Shown in pieces: positions 28,856-40,113 of a stretch of DNA of 64,000 nucleotides. The position numbers were made by a program, and so were the translations under genes. The DNA lies in the NCBI GenBank assembly GCA_041192345.1, contig JBEEND010000001.1:10915-74914 (forward strand), read 5' to 3'. The notes under the pieces are model-generated. The model worked only from the letters and a program-made list of their open reading frames with translations, was not told the origin of the DNA and did not search any database. The DNA comes from Actinomycetota bacterium. GTDB lineage: Bacteria > Actinomycetota > Actinomycetes > S36-B12 > UBA5976. The stretch's first letter is position 1. Each line of letters starts with the position of its first letter.

Positions 28856-29578
28856 TCACTGACTCTTGTATGTCAAAGTAATGTTTCCAATTTTAATTAT
28901 TGATCCATCACGTACGACTGTTTCAGTGGCGCGAACACCATCTATCAAGGTGCCATTGGTGGAACCTAAATCACGAACCAGTACATCTGATCCCAAAACG
29001 ATTGCGCAATGTAACCTACTGACACTCGAGTCATCAATTTGAATATCAGCCTCCGCTCCGCGACCTACATTTGAAACAGATTTAGTTATTTTGAATTCTT
29101 CGCCCGTAATAGAAACTAAATAAGGACTCGAAGCTACTGCAAAGCTTGAAAGGGGAACTTGCGGTGTCAGATCGGGGTCTAACGTGGGCGCCCTTGGGGC
29201 ATCAGCTGGTCGGGGCGCTGCGGTACTACGAATTCGAAATACGCCAGTTTCCAAAACTGAATCAAGATCAAAAGTGATGTGAGCGTTATCAATAGTTGTA
29301 TACCGTTGCTCACTGGTGTACTGGTCTGCCAGAGCAGTCAATTCAGCACTAAGGGTTTCAAAATATGGTGTTAAGCGATCGTGATCAACTAAGCCAAGCT
29401 CGATTATAAAAATATTGGGAACCACCGTTTGCCCAGTTATAGTCTCAGCTCGATTATCGATTTCCTGCTGCAATGCAGCACCAAGCTCAACAGGCTGAAC
29501 TTCGGACTTAAAAGCCTTAGAAAATGAGCCGTTTACGATTCGGTCCAAGCGTTGTTCAAGGTTTTCGAGCAAACCCAT
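28856..29578 (-). CDS. fhaA: FhaA (DUF3662 N-domain + C-terminal FHA domain)
   Basis: MGLLENLEQRLDRIVNG... N-domain, Pro-rich linker, FHA domain (VGRGAEADIQIDDSSVSRLHCAI...STNGT). The ATG at 29578 is preferred over the ORF-track start at 29599. Confidence 0.85.
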   Translation of the reverse strand: MGLLENLEQRLDRIVNGSFSKAFKSEVQPVELGAALQQEIDNRAETITGQTVVPNIFIIELGLVDHDRLTPYFETLSAELTALADQYTSEQRYTTIDNAHITFDLDSVLETGVFRIRSTAAPRPADAPRAPTLDPDLTPQVPLSSFAVASSPYLVSITGEEFKITKSVSNVGRGAEADIQIDDSSVSRLHCAIVLGSDVLVRDLGSTNGTLIDGVRATETVVRDGSIIKIGNITLTYKSQ

Positions 29579-29693
29579 TGCGACTCCTTGGTTAAGCACT
29601 AAATGCGGGGAAATACCGGTTGGAAACTTAGCTCAATTCTACTTGAGACAACCAAACCCCACGTATTTCAAGGATCTTAGACGCGCTGACACC

Positions 29694-29930
29694 TTAGGCG
29701 ATGAAGGCCATAACAAGTAACGCGAGAATCATCAGGCCTACTAGTGCAGCGCCGAGTTTTGAAATAAGTAACTTGTGCACGGCAGGAATGTAAGTTCCGA
29801 TAATGAGTGCCAGACCAAACATCCAAAGTGGAGCGCCCACTGCAAATGAATTTTGATAACGCCAATTGATCAACCCAAATGCAATAAGTAAATAGCCAGC
29901 CCAACGCATGTTCATAACCAAAGTTTCCAT
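29694..29930 (-). CDS. small hypothetical membrane protein (3 predicted TM helices)
   Basis: Frame 29694..29966. From METLVMNMRWAGYLLIAFGLI... it is almost entirely hydrophobic helices. I recognise no family. Confidence 0.4.
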   Translation of the reverse strand: METLVMNMRWAGYLLIAFGLINWRYQNSFAVGAPLWMFGLALIIGTYIPAVHKLLISKLGAALVGLMILALLVMAFIA

Positions 29931-30023
29931 AGAACAACAGTAGCGAGCGCACCTGCCAGCGTGCACTAGGAATGCCCAGGATTTGCGCTTGCCTGTTTTG
30001 AGTAATCAGGGGACTATTGAGTT

Positions 30024-30515
30024 ATGTCTAAACCAACTTCAATCTACGATCTAGAGTTCACTAATAACCGTGGCGAAAACGTCTCTCTGGCGGATTATTC
30101 TGGTAAGCCAATTCTGATTGTGAACACCGCGAGCAAATGTGGCTTCACACCACAGTATGAAGGTTTACAAAAACTTAATGAAGAGTTTCGGGAGCAAGGA
30201 CTTATTGTTCTCGGCTTTCCCTGTGATCAGTTCGGTCATCAGGAACCAGGAAATGATCAAGATATTGATGAATTCTGCAAAGTGAATTTCGGAGTGGATT
30301 TTCCACTTTCACAAAAAGTAAATGTAAATGGCAAGAATGCTCATCCGATCTTTAAATTCTTAAAGAGCAATTCAAAGAGTTTGCTTGGCGGCGCAGTCAA
30401 GTGGAACTTTACTAAGTTCTTGATTTCACCAGATGGACAGTCCATTAAGCGTTACAGCCCAAATACCACTCCAGAAATCATTCGAGCTGACGTGTTAGAG
30501 ATTTTGCCAAGCTAA
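30024..30515 (+). CDS. glutathione peroxidase family protein (Cys type)
   Basis: 163 aa. VNTASKCGFTPQY and LGFPCDQFGHQEPG signatures. Confidence 0.9.
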   Translation: MSKPTSIYDLEFTNNRGENVSLADYSGKPILIVNTASKCGFTPQYEGLQKLNEEFREQGLIVLGFPCDQFGHQEPGNDQDIDEFCKVNFGVDFPLSQKVNVNGKNAHPIFKFLKSNSKSLLGGAVKWNFTKFLISPDGQSIKRYSPNTTPEIIRADVLEILPS

Positions 30516-30622
30516 CCCAAGATCCAATACATCAAGCTGGCCCAGATCTTTGAAGTCTTTGCACCACAGGTCGGATTGATACGTGAGTGATACCTCTAGA
30601 ATTTGGGCTCTACGCTAGTGCA

Positions 30623-32317
30623 GTGAGCATTTCCAGTGAATTGTTAAGCCAAGTTCAATCCTGGCTTGCGCAAGACCCTGACCCAGTTACTCATGCGGAG
30701 CTCACAAAACTCGTTGCCAATTCAAACACTGATACAGATGCTCTTCGAGAGTTAGAAGATGAGTTCTCTGCGCCGCTGGAATTTGGAACAGCCGGTTTAC
30801 GCGGCGCCCTTGGTCCTGGCCCAAATCGCATGAACCGGGTGACGGTTCTGCAAGCAGCTGCGGGACTAGCAAAGTATCTTGTTGCCAATGGCGAAGTCGG
30901 TAAACCAGTAGTCATTGGTTTTGATGCACGCTACAACAGCGACGTTTTTGCAAATGACACTGCGCAAGTGATGGCAGGGGCAGGTCTCAAGCCAATAATT
31001 TTTAGTCATGTGGTTCCAACACCAGTTCTTGCATATTCAATTTCACAGCTAGGCGCATGCGCGGCAGTCATGGTCACGGCAAGCCATAATCCGGCGCAGG
31101 ACAATGGTTACAAAGTTTATTTGGGTGATGGCCGACAGATAGTAACACCTGTGGATACCGAGATTTCAAATCACATTAGATCTGTAGTTGATGTGCGGGA
31201 AATAAATCTTGCCACGGAGATTGAGAAGTTATCGGAAATTATTACAAAGTCCTACGTCGAGGCGATCACAAATCTGATTACTGGCGGACCAACGACAACT
31301 TCGCAACGCAGAGAAATTAAAAGTATCTACACCGCTATGCATGGTGTTGGTTGGCAAACTATAAAGCAAACCTTCTTAGCAGCTGGATTTGCGGAACCAA
31401 TAGCAGTTGCTGAGCAGCGGGATCCTGATCCGGCTTTTCCTACTGTGGCGTTTCCAAACCCGGAAGAAAAAGGTGCCCTTGATCTTGCGGTAGCACTGGC
31501 GAAACAATCAGGTGCTGATGTCTTAATTGCAAATGATCCAGACGCCGATCGACTAGCAATCGCGCTTCCAACAATTGATAACAATTGGCTGGCATTGCGG
31601 GGAGATCAAATTGGTTGCCTTCTGGCTTGGTGGATTATTGAACGAAACAGTGACCAGAAACTAAAAGGCACTTTTGCCAATTCCATTGTGTCCTCGATGC
31701 TGCTGGAACAAATTGCAAAACGTGCTGACCTAAATTATGAAGCGACACTTACCGGATTCAAATGGGTCTCCCGCGTTCCAAATTTGTTATTCGGTTATGA
31801 GGAAGCACTTGGGTATTGCGTTGATCCCGAAAATGTGAAAGACAAGGACGGAATTTCTGCCGCCGCGATGTTTGTGGAGATGATGGCATTTCTTGCTCAA
31901 TCAAATAGAACTCCTTGGGACATTTTGGACGAGTTGGCACTTACTCATGGGCATCATGCAACTGATCAAGTCGTTGTGCGGGTAACTGAAACAGCGCAAG
32001 TTGGAGTGGTGATGTCGGGCCTGCGAACCACTCCGCCGAAACTTCTAGGTGGGATGGTAGTTAGCAGAATTGATGATCTTGACCTGGGTTTTGGTAATTT
32101 GCCAGCTACTGATGCAATAGTCATCCATTTGTCAGGCAATAGTGAAGTTGAAAATGCTCGAGCAATCATTAGACCTAGTGGTACAGAACCAAAGATAAAG
32201 TGTTACCTAGAGGTCGTAGTCCGAAATAATGATTTGTTAGTCGCAAGACAAATTTCGGAGAAGGCATTGCAAGCTTTAGTAAAAGATGCAGCGCCGCTGC
32301 TTAATGGGGGCAACTAA
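30623..32317 (+). CDS. phospho-sugar mutase (alpha-D-phosphohexomutase superfamily, PmmB / phosphopentomutase-like)
   Basis: Active-site [13 protein letters not shown] and Mg loop ANDPDADR. Probable GTG start at 30623 ([15 protein letters not shown]); the ORF-track start is 30587. Its context with deoC suggests a pentose-phosphate mutase role. Confidence 0.85.
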   Translation: MSISSELLSQVQSWLAQDPDPVTHAELTKLVANSNTDTDALRELEDEFSAPLEFGTAGLRGALGPGPNRMNRVTVLQAAAGLAKYLVANGEVGKPVVIGFDARYNSDVFANDTAQVMAGAGLKPIIFSHVVPTPVLAYSISQLGACAAVMVTASHNPAQDNGYKVYLGDGRQIVTPVDTEISNHIRSVVDVREINLATEIEKLSEIITKSYVEAITNLITGGPTTTSQRREIKSIYTAMHGVGWQTIKQTFLAAGFAEPIAVAEQRDPDPAFPTVAFPNPEEKGALDLAVALAKQSGADVLIANDPDADRLAIALPTIDNNWLALRGDQIGCLLAWWIIERNSDQKLKGTFANSIVSSMLLEQIAKRADLNYEATLTGFKWVSRVPNLLFGYEEALGYCVDPENVKDKDGISAAAMFVEMMAFLAQSNRTPWDILDELALTHGHHATDQVVVRVTETAQVGVVMSGLRTTPPKLLGGMVVSRIDDLDLGFGNLPATDAIVIHLSGNSEVENARAIIRPSGTEPKIKCYLEVVVRNNDLLVARQISEKALQALVKDAAPLLNGGN

Positions 32318-32988
32318 TGAAACGCAGTCAACTTGCGCAAATGATCGACCACACTCTATTGAAGCCCGAAGCAACCGTCGCAGATGTAATCGCACTATGC
32401 GCTGAAGCAGCTGAACTTGGAACTTATTCAGTTTGTGTGTCACCAACTTTTGTAGAAACTGCAGTAGCAAATGTTTCAAACGGTGTGAAGGTGGCAACCG
32501 TTTGTGGTTTCCCTAGCGGTAAACATGAATCCAGCATTAAAGCAGCTGAAGCAAAACTTGCAGTGCAACAAGGCGCAGACGAAGTCGACATGGTGATCGA
32601 TCTGGGTAGAGCGATTATGGGCGACTGGGATTACATCCAAAGTGATGTTGCAGCAGTTCGAGCTGCCACCGCTGGGAAAGTACTGAAAGTAATTTTGGAA
32701 ACTGCCGCTCTAACAAATGATCAAATCGAACAAGCGTGCCTGCGGTGTAAAGCAGCGGGCGCAGATTTCGTGAAGACTGCAACTGGATTTCATCCGGCAG
32801 GGGGCGCGGATGTGCGAGCCATCAAGGTAATGCACGACACAGTCGGCGGCGTTCTAGGCATTAAAGCATCAGGTGGAATCAAAACTGCAGAGTTTGCGCA
32901 AGAGCTAATTGCTGCTGGAGCCACCAGACTCGGACTATCTGGCTCGCGCGCGATCCTTGATGGAATCGCAGCGACTGGGAGTTACTAA
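32317..32988 (+). CDS. deoC: deoxyribose-phosphate aldolase
   Basis: 223 aa. [11 protein letters not shown], Schiff-base region [15 protein letters not shown]. The start overlaps the mutase stop (TAATG). Confidence 0.9.
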   Translation: MKRSQLAQMIDHTLLKPEATVADVIALCAEAAELGTYSVCVSPTFVETAVANVSNGVKVATVCGFPSGKHESSIKAAEAKLAVQQGADEVDMVIDLGRAIMGDWDYIQSDVAAVRAATAGKVLKVILETAALTNDQIEQACLRCKAAGADFVKTATGFHPAGGADVRAIKVMHDTVGGVLGIKASGGIKTAEFAQELIAAGATRLGLSGSRAILDGIAATGSY

Positions 32989-34073
32989 GAACCCACTTGT
33001 TCGCGCAGCCGGGCATATCCGGGTTTGATGATGTGGTTGATGATATCTAGACGTTCATTGAAGGGTAAAAATGAACTCTTCATTGCGTTAACGCTCATCC
33101 ATTCAAGATCTCGTAATGAGTAATCAAAAGCTGCAACAAGAGAAGTCATTTCCAAAGACATTGAAGTGTTGGACATTAATCGATTATCAGTGTTAAGCGT
33201 TACTCGGAAATTTAATTTACGCAATAAGCCAATCGGATGTTCGGCAATGCTGGCAGCTGCGCCGGTGTCCACATTGGACTTCGGGCAAAGTTCAAGCGGA
33301 ATTCGACGGTCACGTACATAGGCAGCCAAGTCACCCAATGTCACAGTGCCATCAGCGTTGATAGTTATGTCGTCAATTATTCTCACGCCATGACCAAGTC
33401 GTTCCGCGCCACAAAATTGGATCGCTTCCCAAATACTTTTTAAACCGAAGGCTTCACCGGCGTGAATTGTGAAATGCGCATTGTTGCGTTGTAAATATTG
33501 AAATGCTTCGATGTGTTCGGTTGGCGGGTAGCCCTTTTCTTTTCCGGCAATGTCAAAACCAACAACACCACGATCACGATATTCAACTACTAGTTTTGCA
33601 ATTTCGAGTGAAACATCTGCCATCCGCATTGCAGTAAGTAACGTGCCGATCTTGATGGTGTGCCCAGCCGCTTTGGCAGCAGCTTCACCTTGCGCGAAAC
33701 CAAGTAAGACGTTGTCGATTACTTCGCGGTAAGTCAAACCTTTTGCAGTGTGTAACTCAGGGGCAAAGCGAATTTCTGCAAACACCACACCATCAGCGGC
33801 TAAGTCTTGGGCGCACTCACTTGCAACTCGTTGTAACGCGTCTGGAGTTTGCATCACGCCTACGGTATGCGCAAATGTTTCTAAATAAACTTCTAGCGAA
33901 CCTTGCACAGCAGTATGAAACCAGTTAGTAAGTTCTGGTTCATTGTCATATGGCAAAGCGTTATAGCCGTGCTGCTTTGCTAATTCCAAAATAGTGCTGA
34001 TGCGCAAACCACCATCTAGGTGATCATGTAGCACAACTTTAGGAATTGCTTTAATTACGGCAGGCGAAATCAT
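32985..34073 (-). CDS. add: adenosine deaminase
   Basis: 362 aa. [28 protein letters not shown]-type motifs ([11 protein letters not shown]). Confidence 0.9.
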   Translation of the reverse strand: MISPAVIKAIPKVVLHDHLDGGLRISTILELAKQHGYNALPYDNEPELTNWFHTAVQGSLEVYLETFAHTVGVMQTPDALQRVASECAQDLAADGVVFAEIRFAPELHTAKGLTYREVIDNVLLGFAQGEAAAKAAGHTIKIGTLLTAMRMADVSLEIAKLVVEYRDRGVVGFDIAGKEKGYPPTEHIEAFQYLQRNNAHFTIHAGEAFGLKSIWEAIQFCGAERLGHGVRIIDDITINADGTVTLGDLAAYVRDRRIPLELCPKSNVDTGAAASIAEHPIGLLRKLNFRVTLNTDNRLMSNTSMSLEMTSLVAAFDYSLRDLEWMSVNAMKSSFLPFNERLDIINHIIKPGYARLREQVGS

Positions 34074-34426
34074 TATTCCTCATCGCGATTTACAAGTTCG
34101 GGGGAAAAGGCTGGTAAGCAGATTGCAACGTAATGTGCATCTTCCTTAGTTAAGTAGCGAACTTTCTCGCCGGCTCGCATAATCAATGCTTGTCCTGCGC
34201 CTACATTGATAGTTTTACCTTCGTGTTCAACATCAATTGAACCCGTGATGACAATGGTGAATTCATCAAACTCTGGAATTTGTGCTGGTTCAGACCAACC
34301 AGCCGGTGCGTGCATAACGGCAACAGAGACATCATTGTCACCAGTTTTTACCCGACCTATGTATTCCGCAATCGATTTGCCACCAGGTACTGGGATCATT
34401 GTTGGTTCGCTAATTAGCTCAGGCAT
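34073..34426 (-). CDS. cupin domain protein
   Basis: About 117 aa from MPELISE. Small beta-barrel pattern ([10 protein letters not shown]...[15 protein letters not shown]). Wedged between deoA and add with abutting stop and start codons. Confidence 0.6.
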   Translation of the reverse strand: MPELISEPTMIPVPGGKSIAEYIGRVKTGDNDVSVAVMHAPAGWSEPAQIPEFDEFTIVITGSIDVEHEGKTINVGAGQALIMRAGEKVRYLTKEDAHYVAICLPAFSPELVNRDEE

Positions 34427-34465
34427 ACCAAAAGAATACCTGCCCAAGCCACAATCAAAAGAATC

Positions 34466-35761
34466 TCAAACGAGGCGGTCGATTATGAGCGGCAAGCGTT
34501 CGGAGATTTCCTCTCGACTGCCCACTGCATAACCAGTAGTCAAAACTTCCAGTGCTGACTCAAACCGAGCTGGTTCATCGGTATGCAAAGTGAATAATTT
34601 CGCGCCCTTGGCTACCGCCTCGCCATGGCCAACATGCCACTGGATTCCCGCACCGGCTTGCACGACATCCTCTTTGCGCGCCCGGCCAGCTCCTAAACGC
34701 CAACTAGCCATGCCAACAGCTAACGCATCAAGTTTGATTAAATAACCATCACTTTGTGCGATGACATCGTGAGTTTCTTTTGCGACGGGCAACGCAGCAT
34801 CAACGTCGCCACCTTGGGCGCTGATCATCGCCCGCCAAACATCCATAGCTGAACCATCACGCAGCGCAGCAGCAGGATCTTTAGTTCCCTTGGCGCCGGA
34901 TGCTTCTAACATTTCGCGAGCTAAGGTGACTGTCAGTTCGATGACATCTACTGGTCCGCCGCCGGCGAGTACATCTAAGGACTCTCTTACTTCCAGTGCG
35001 TTGCCAGCAGTTCGACCAAGTGGCACATCCATTGCAGTTAAGAGCGCTCGAGTTGTTACGCCAGCATCGTTACCAATTGCCACCATGGTGCCGGCAAGTT
35101 CGCGAGCTTGCTCAACTGTTTTCATGAAAGCACCAGAACCAACTTTGACATCAAGTACTAAGGCCCCAGTACCCTCGGCAATTTTCTTACTCATAATCGA
35201 AGCAGAAATCAATGGGATAGATTCCACGGTTCCCGTGACATCGCGCAGGGCATAAATCCGACGATCAGCTGGCGCTAAAGTTTGGCTCGCTGCGCAGATA
35301 ACTGCGCCAGTTTCTTTTAAGACCTCAAACATCTCGGCATTAGTAAGACTGGCGCGCCAGCCAGGAATTGATTCAAGCTTGTCCAGCGTGCCACCAGTGT
35401 GACCCAAACCTCGACCAGAAAGTTGCGGCACGCTAACACCGCAGGCAGCAACAAGCGGCGCGAGTGGCAAAGTAATTTTGTCGCCAACTCCACCAGTTGA
35501 ATGTTTATCCGCAGTGGGCCGGCCCAGATCTGACCAATTCATAGTCTCGCCAGAATCGATGTAAGCCTTAGTCCAGCGCACAATCTCGCGCCGATTCATA
35601 CCGTTTAGCAAAATAGCCATAGCCATTGCCGACATTTGTTCTTCAGCAATAATATTTCGCACGTAAGCGCCGACGAACCAATCGATTTGTTGATCAGATA
35701 ATTCGCGCTCGTCTCGTTTGGCAGCAATAACTTCAACTGCTGCAAAAGGTTCAGTGCTCAT
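34466..35761 (-). CDS. deoA: thymidine (pyrimidine-nucleoside) phosphorylase
   Basis: 431 aa. DKHSTGGVGDK and SGRGLGHTGGTLDKLE motifs. Confidence 0.9.
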   Translation of the reverse strand: MSTEPFAAVEVIAAKRDERELSDQQIDWFVGAYVRNIIAEEQMSAMAMAILLNGMNRREIVRWTKAYIDSGETMNWSDLGRPTADKHSTGGVGDKITLPLAPLVAACGVSVPQLSGRGLGHTGGTLDKLESIPGWRASLTNAEMFEVLKETGAVICAASQTLAPADRRIYALRDVTGTVESIPLISASIMSKKIAEGTGALVLDVKVGSGAFMKTVEQARELAGTMVAIGNDAGVTTRALLTAMDVPLGRTAGNALEVRESLDVLAGGGPVDVIELTVTLAREMLEASGAKGTKDPAAALRDGSAMDVWRAMISAQGGDVDAALPVAKETHDVIAQSDGYLIKLDALAVGMASWRLGAGRARKEDVVQAGAGIQWHVGHGEAVAKGAKLFTLHTDEPARFESALEVLTTGYAVGSREEISERLPLIIDRLV

Positions 35762-35777
35762 GAATCAAGGGTATTAC

Positions 35778-36173
35778 TTAAAGCCGATCTGTTAAATCGT
35801 GCGCACCAAAGGCATCTGGCAATATCTCAGCCATAGTTTTGATGCCACTAACTGAATCAAGTAAGCAGGTAGGACCACCATGCTCCCAAAGTAATTGTCG
35901 GCAGCGACCACAGGGCATCAATGAATTACCATGGCGGTCAACGCAGGCCACAGCAACTAATTTGCCACCACCGGTGCTAATCAAATTTGAGATAAGTCCA
36001 CATTCAGCGCATAAGGCCACACCATACGATGCGTTCTCAACATTGCAACCAGTAACGATACGACCATCATCAACTAAGCCAGCAACTCCGACTGGAAAGT
36101 TTGAGTAAGGCGCGTAGGCATTAGACATTGCCTTACTTGCAGCAGCGCGTAATTCACTCCAATTAATTTCCAT
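35778..36173 (-). CDS. cdd: cytidine deaminase
   Basis: 131 aa. CAECG and PCGRCRQ zinc motifs. Confidence 0.9.
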   Translation of the reverse strand: MEINWSELRAAASKAMSNAYAPYSNFPVGVAGLVDDGRIVTGCNVENASYGVALCAECGLISNLISTGGGKLVAVACVDRHGNSLMPCGRCRQLLWEHGGPTCLLDSVSGIKTMAEILPDAFGAHDLTDRL

Positions 36174-37387
36174 CAGTGGTCTTCTCCCTTGCGGTAGGGA
36201 ACTCCATCAGCAGCGGGCGGCCGCAAATTTTGAGAGGCAGTTGCTAGTACCAACAAAGTTGTGATGTATGGCGCAACTTGGGCAACTTCTGGTGGGAAGG
36301 AAGTGGCCGAGAAGTAGGCACCAACCATTACCGAGCCAAGCAGTAAGAATCCAATAGCAGTGTTACGCCTGGAACTTCGCAGCATCCACGCACCTATTGC
36401 GAACAAAATAATGGAGCCAAGCAAAATCAATCCCTTAACGTTTTGATTGCCGGTATCAATTAGGCGCAAAGTGTCGATGTATCCAAACATCACAGCGCCA
36501 GCTGCCGTGCCACCGGGACGCCAGTCACCAAAAATCATCGTTGCTAATCCGATGTAACCACGACCTGCAGTATTTCCATTTCGGTAAATAGTCGATGCAA
36601 TCGAAAGGTACGCACCACCAAGACCAGCAAGCATTCCGGAGAACACGACTGCTGCATATTTGTATTGCACAACTTTCACGCCAAGTGAATCAGCAGCCCA
36701 TGGATTTTCACCCGCACTGCGCAATCTAAGTCCAAAAGCAGTTTTCCAAAGTAAATAACTTGTCATTACGAAAAGCAAAAGCGTAATGATCGTTAAGAGC
36801 GACATGTTATAGAACAAGCCTGCAACTAAACCTGCCAAGTCGCTTATGAAGAAGATTTCTTTTTCATGCAGCGCAGTTAGTGGCACAGCAATTGAATCCA
36901 AAGTAAAAACGGGAATCTCACCTTTTATCGGTGGTGATTGTGCTTGACCACCACCTGGCGCATTAGTAAAGAGCAAGATTGCCAGGAACTTAGTAGTCCC
37001 CAGAGCCAATAAGTTGATCGCAGTGCCAGCGATGATTTGATCCACACCAAAAGTCACCGCGGCAACGGCAAGCAGGAAGCCACCGATTGCGCCAAAAATA
37101 ATGCCAGCTAGTACGCCAGCCCAAGCGCCCCATTGCCAACCAGCCCAACCAGCACCAAAAGTGCCAAGGATCATCATGCCCTCTAGGCCAATGTTGATAA
37201 CACCCGCACGTTCTGCCCAGATTCCAGCAAGTCCAGCAAGTGCGATTGGCGAGGCAAATACGAGTGCTTGCGCAATTGTCACCGTGCTTGTTAAATCGCC
37301 GTTACCAGTAATGGTGCGAGTAATTGAAAGCATGGTGATGGCAGTAAAAGCTGATCCAATAAAACGACGCGACTTTAAGTAAGTCAT
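36173..37387 (-). CDS. ABC transporter permease (nucleoside/simple-sugar type)
   Basis: 404 aa polytopic protein. Translationally coupled to its neighbours (overlaps at 36173 and 37384-37387). Confidence 0.85.
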   Translation of the reverse strand: MTYLKSRRFIGSAFTAITMLSITRTITGNGDLTSTVTIAQALVFASPIALAGLAGIWAERAGVINIGLEGMMILGTFGAGWAGWQWGAWAGVLAGIIFGAIGGFLLAVAAVTFGVDQIIAGTAINLLALGTTKFLAILLFTNAPGGGQAQSPPIKGEIPVFTLDSIAVPLTALHEKEIFFISDLAGLVAGLFYNMSLLTIITLLLFVMTSYLLWKTAFGLRLRSAGENPWAADSLGVKVVQYKYAAVVFSGMLAGLGGAYLSIASTIYRNGNTAGRGYIGLATMIFGDWRPGGTAAGAVMFGYIDTLRLIDTGNQNVKGLILLGSIILFAIGAWMLRSSRRNTAIGFLLLGSVMVGAYFSATSFPPEVAQVAPYITTLLVLATASQNLRPPAADGVPYRKGEDH

Positions 37388-38469
37388 GCTGACACCTCCT
37401 GTTTTGCAAGTGCGCGAGCGACACTTCGTTGTTCACTCTTAACTTGATTTCGTCGCACAACTTCATACGAGATAACTACGACGATGACAATTAGTCCCTG
37501 CATGATTGTGGAAATTTCCCGAGGCACACCCTCCAGAACTAATTGCCCACTTGAAACATCTAGAAACGCAACAAAGATCGCGCCAAAGGCAATCCCAAGA
37601 GGATTGTTACGACCCAACAGCGCAATCGCAATACCTATGAATCCCCACTCGGTTGGGAATTGCAGATTGTAGGAACCAGTTTGACCGAGTAAGTATGGAA
37701 GGCCAACTAATCCAGCTACTGCTCCGGAAAGCAACATTGTCGTGACGATCATGCGAGTTGATTGCACGCCACTTGTCCGGGCCGCTGATGCAGATTTACC
37801 TGTTGCGCGAAGGTCGAAACCAAACCGGGTTCGATTTAGTAAAAACCAATATCCGACACCAACAAAAATAGATATGAATAAGAATCCATAGACTTTTGTT
37901 TCTGGATCAATAAATGCGTTACCACGCAACATTCCAGATTCCGGGATTAACTTAGTACCACGAATGTTCACGCCTGTTTCGGTGCCAATGCTCGTTCGCA
38001 CAATTAGATAACTGATAATTCCAATTGCAATGAAGTTCAACATGATTGTCGAAATAACTTCACTGACACCACGCGCAACTTTAAGCCAAGCAGCAATGCC
38101 AGCCCACGCAGCGCCAACTAACATGGCGGTCAAAATTGTCACAGTTATCGATGCAGCTTTTGGTAGTTGTAAATTGCTAGCAACTACCGCAGCTGCTAGG
38201 GAACCTAAAATATATTGACCATTGACACCAATGTTGAAGAGATTCATTTTGAATCCGATAGAAACCGCTAAGGCACTCAGGAAATAAACAGTTGCCAAGT
38301 TAAGCATCAAAGTCATAGCGCGCGGTGAAGTTCCGTAATTCCACATAGAAGAGAAGATAACCGTGACACTGGCGCCGATAGAGATCAAAATTATGGCAGT
38401 TGCTGCAAGAGATACGCCCAGCCCAATTGCTGGCGCAATCAAGCTGGTTGCGAGGCGGCGAAGATTCAT
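37384..38469 (-). CDS. ABC transporter permease (nucleoside/simple-sugar type)
   Basis: 361 aa polytopic protein. Overlaps the ATPase stop at 38469. Confidence 0.85.
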   Translation of the reverse strand: MNLRRLATSLIAPAIGLGVSLAATAIILISIGASVTVIFSSMWNYGTSPRAMTLMLNLATVYFLSALAVSIGFKMNLFNIGVNGQYILGSLAAAVVASNLQLPKAASITVTILTAMLVGAAWAGIAAWLKVARGVSEVISTIMLNFIAIGIISYLIVRTSIGTETGVNIRGTKLIPESGMLRGNAFIDPETKVYGFLFISIFVGVGYWFLLNRTRFGFDLRATGKSASAARTSGVQSTRMIVTTMLLSGAVAGLVGLPYLLGQTGSYNLQFPTEWGFIGIAIALLGRNNPLGIAFGAIFVAFLDVSSGQLVLEGVPREISTIMQGLIVIVVVISYEVVRRNQVKSEQRSVARALAKQEVSA

Positions 38470-39995
38470 TAGGCAGCTCTCCCGGCACCGGTCATTGCAG
38501 TACCTAGCTCTTGCGGAGTAACAGTTGCCGGATCAGCATCTGCTACGAATTTTCCTCTCAGCAAAACTTTGATGGAATCGCTTAAGCCAATGAGTTCATC
38601 AAGATCAGCGGAGATTAATAACACGGCAAGGCCAGCTTGGCGGGCATTGCGAATGTGATCCCAGATTGCGGCTTGCGCTCCGACATCCACCCCACGAGTT
38701 GGATGCGCGGCAATTAATAGTTTTGGATCGTTAGACATTTCCCGGCCAACAATTAGTTTCTGTTGGTTGCCACCAGAAAGGGCGCTTGCGTTTACATCAA
38801 TGCTGGGAGTGCGTACATCATATTCAGCCACAATGCGCTTGGTGTCAGCTTTCGCACCTCGCGGATTCAACCAAAAACCCTTTGCATTCGGAGCCTTAGT
38901 TTGATGTCCTAGCATTCTGTTTTCCCAAAGCGGTGCTTCTAGTAATAATGCCTGTCGCTGGCGATCCTCTGGGATAAATCCAATTCCTAGATCGCGCCTA
39001 TGACGTGTGGATTTTTTACTGATGTCTTCATCTTGAAACATAACTTTTCCAGTAGCGGATTCGATTCCCATTAAGGCATTTAAAATTTCAGCTTGGCCAT
39101 TGCCTTCTACGCCAGCAATTCCTAAAATCTCACCGGCTCGAATTTTGAATGAGACGCCATCAACGATTGCTTTGCCGCCAGTTGCAATAACACTGAGGTT
39201 TTCAACAGTAAGCACAACTTGATCTTGAATAGTGTTACCAACGGATGCGGGAGTTGGTAACTCATTACCAACCATCATCTCGGCAAGGTCTCGCGCAGAA
39301 ACCTTCTCAACATGGGGATTTACAGTTCCAACAGTTGTGCCTTGGCGAATGACGGTTATCTCATCAGCGATGGAAAGAACTTCATCGAGTTTGTGACTGA
39401 TAAAAATAACGGTGAATCCTTGCTTCTTTAAATCGCGAAGCGTACTAAATAATTCTTCTACCTCATGAGGAACAAGTACTGCAGTTGGTTCATCAAGGAT
39501 CAAGATATGTGCGCCACGGTAGAGGACCTTAAGAATCTCAATGCGCTGGCGATCCCCAACTCCAAGTTCGCTAACTAATACATCCGGATTTACTGCTAAC
39601 CCATTTTCAGCAGCTATGTCTGAAATTAGTTTGCGAGCTTTTACAAAATCTAATTTGCCACCAGATTTTGGTTCGCTTCCTAAAATGATATTTTCTAAAA
39701 CAGTGAAATTATCTGCCAGCATGAAATGCTGATGTACCATTCCAATGCCTGCACCAATCGCATCAGATGGTGAATTAAAAACTAATGCTGAGCCGTTAAT
39801 CGAAATTGTTCCTTCGTCAGCTTTTTGCATACCGTAAAGAATCTTCATCAAAGTTGATTTGCCTGCGCCATTTTCACCGACGATTGCATGAACCGTTCCA
39901 GAGGCAACCTTTAGATTTATGTTGCTATTTGCGATAACTCCAGGAAAGCGTTTCCAGATTCCTTGCAGTTCTACTGCTACTGAACTTTCGCTCAT
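38469..39995 (-). CDS. ABC transporter ATP-binding protein with duplicated ATPase domains
   Basis: 508 aa. Walker [10 protein letters not shown], first signature-like motif LGVGDRQR, Walker B ILILDEPT, second signature LSGGNQQK. Confidence 0.9.
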   Translation of the reverse strand: MSESSVAVELQGIWKRFPGVIANSNINLKVASGTVHAIVGENGAGKSTLMKILYGMQKADEGTISINGSALVFNSPSDAIGAGIGMVHQHFMLADNFTVLENIILGSEPKSGGKLDFVKARKLISDIAAENGLAVNPDVLVSELGVGDRQRIEILKVLYRGAHILILDEPTAVLVPHEVEELFSTLRDLKKQGFTVIFISHKLDEVLSIADEITVIRQGTTVGTVNPHVEKVSARDLAEMMVGNELPTPASVGNTIQDQVVLTVENLSVIATGGKAIVDGVSFKIRAGEILGIAGVEGNGQAEILNALMGIESATGKVMFQDEDISKKSTRHRRDLGIGFIPEDRQRQALLLEAPLWENRMLGHQTKAPNAKGFWLNPRGAKADTKRIVAEYDVRTPSIDVNASALSGGNQQKLIVGREMSNDPKLLIAAHPTRGVDVGAQAAIWDHIRNARQAGLAVLLISADLDELIGLSDSIKVLLRGKFVADADPATVTPQELGTAMTGAGRAA

Positions 39996-40054
39996 GTCTT
40001 CTGACCAGGCCCTTCAAATAGTGCATTTGTATTAACCAAACTTACGACTAACCT

Positions 40055-40100
40055 AAATAAAAAGTGAGGCTCGGGTGGAAATAAATCCACCCGAGCCTCA
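40055..40100 (-). terminator. strong hairpin / partial terminator between the binding-protein gene and the ABC ATPase gene
   Basis: TGAGGCTCGGGTGGA-AATAAA-TCCACCCGAGCCTCA (40065-40100). On the minus strand it is followed by CTTTTTATTT. Confidence 0.6.
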
Positions 40101-40113
40101 ATCTGTTTAGTTG

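Noticed and set aside
29579-29693. A tRNA-Leu gene expected downstream/upstream of fhaA, as in mycobacteria.
   Set aside because: I scanned both strands and found no T-loop (GGTTCGAAT/GGTTCAAAT-like) or acceptor pairing. The region is just the fhaA promoter/leader.
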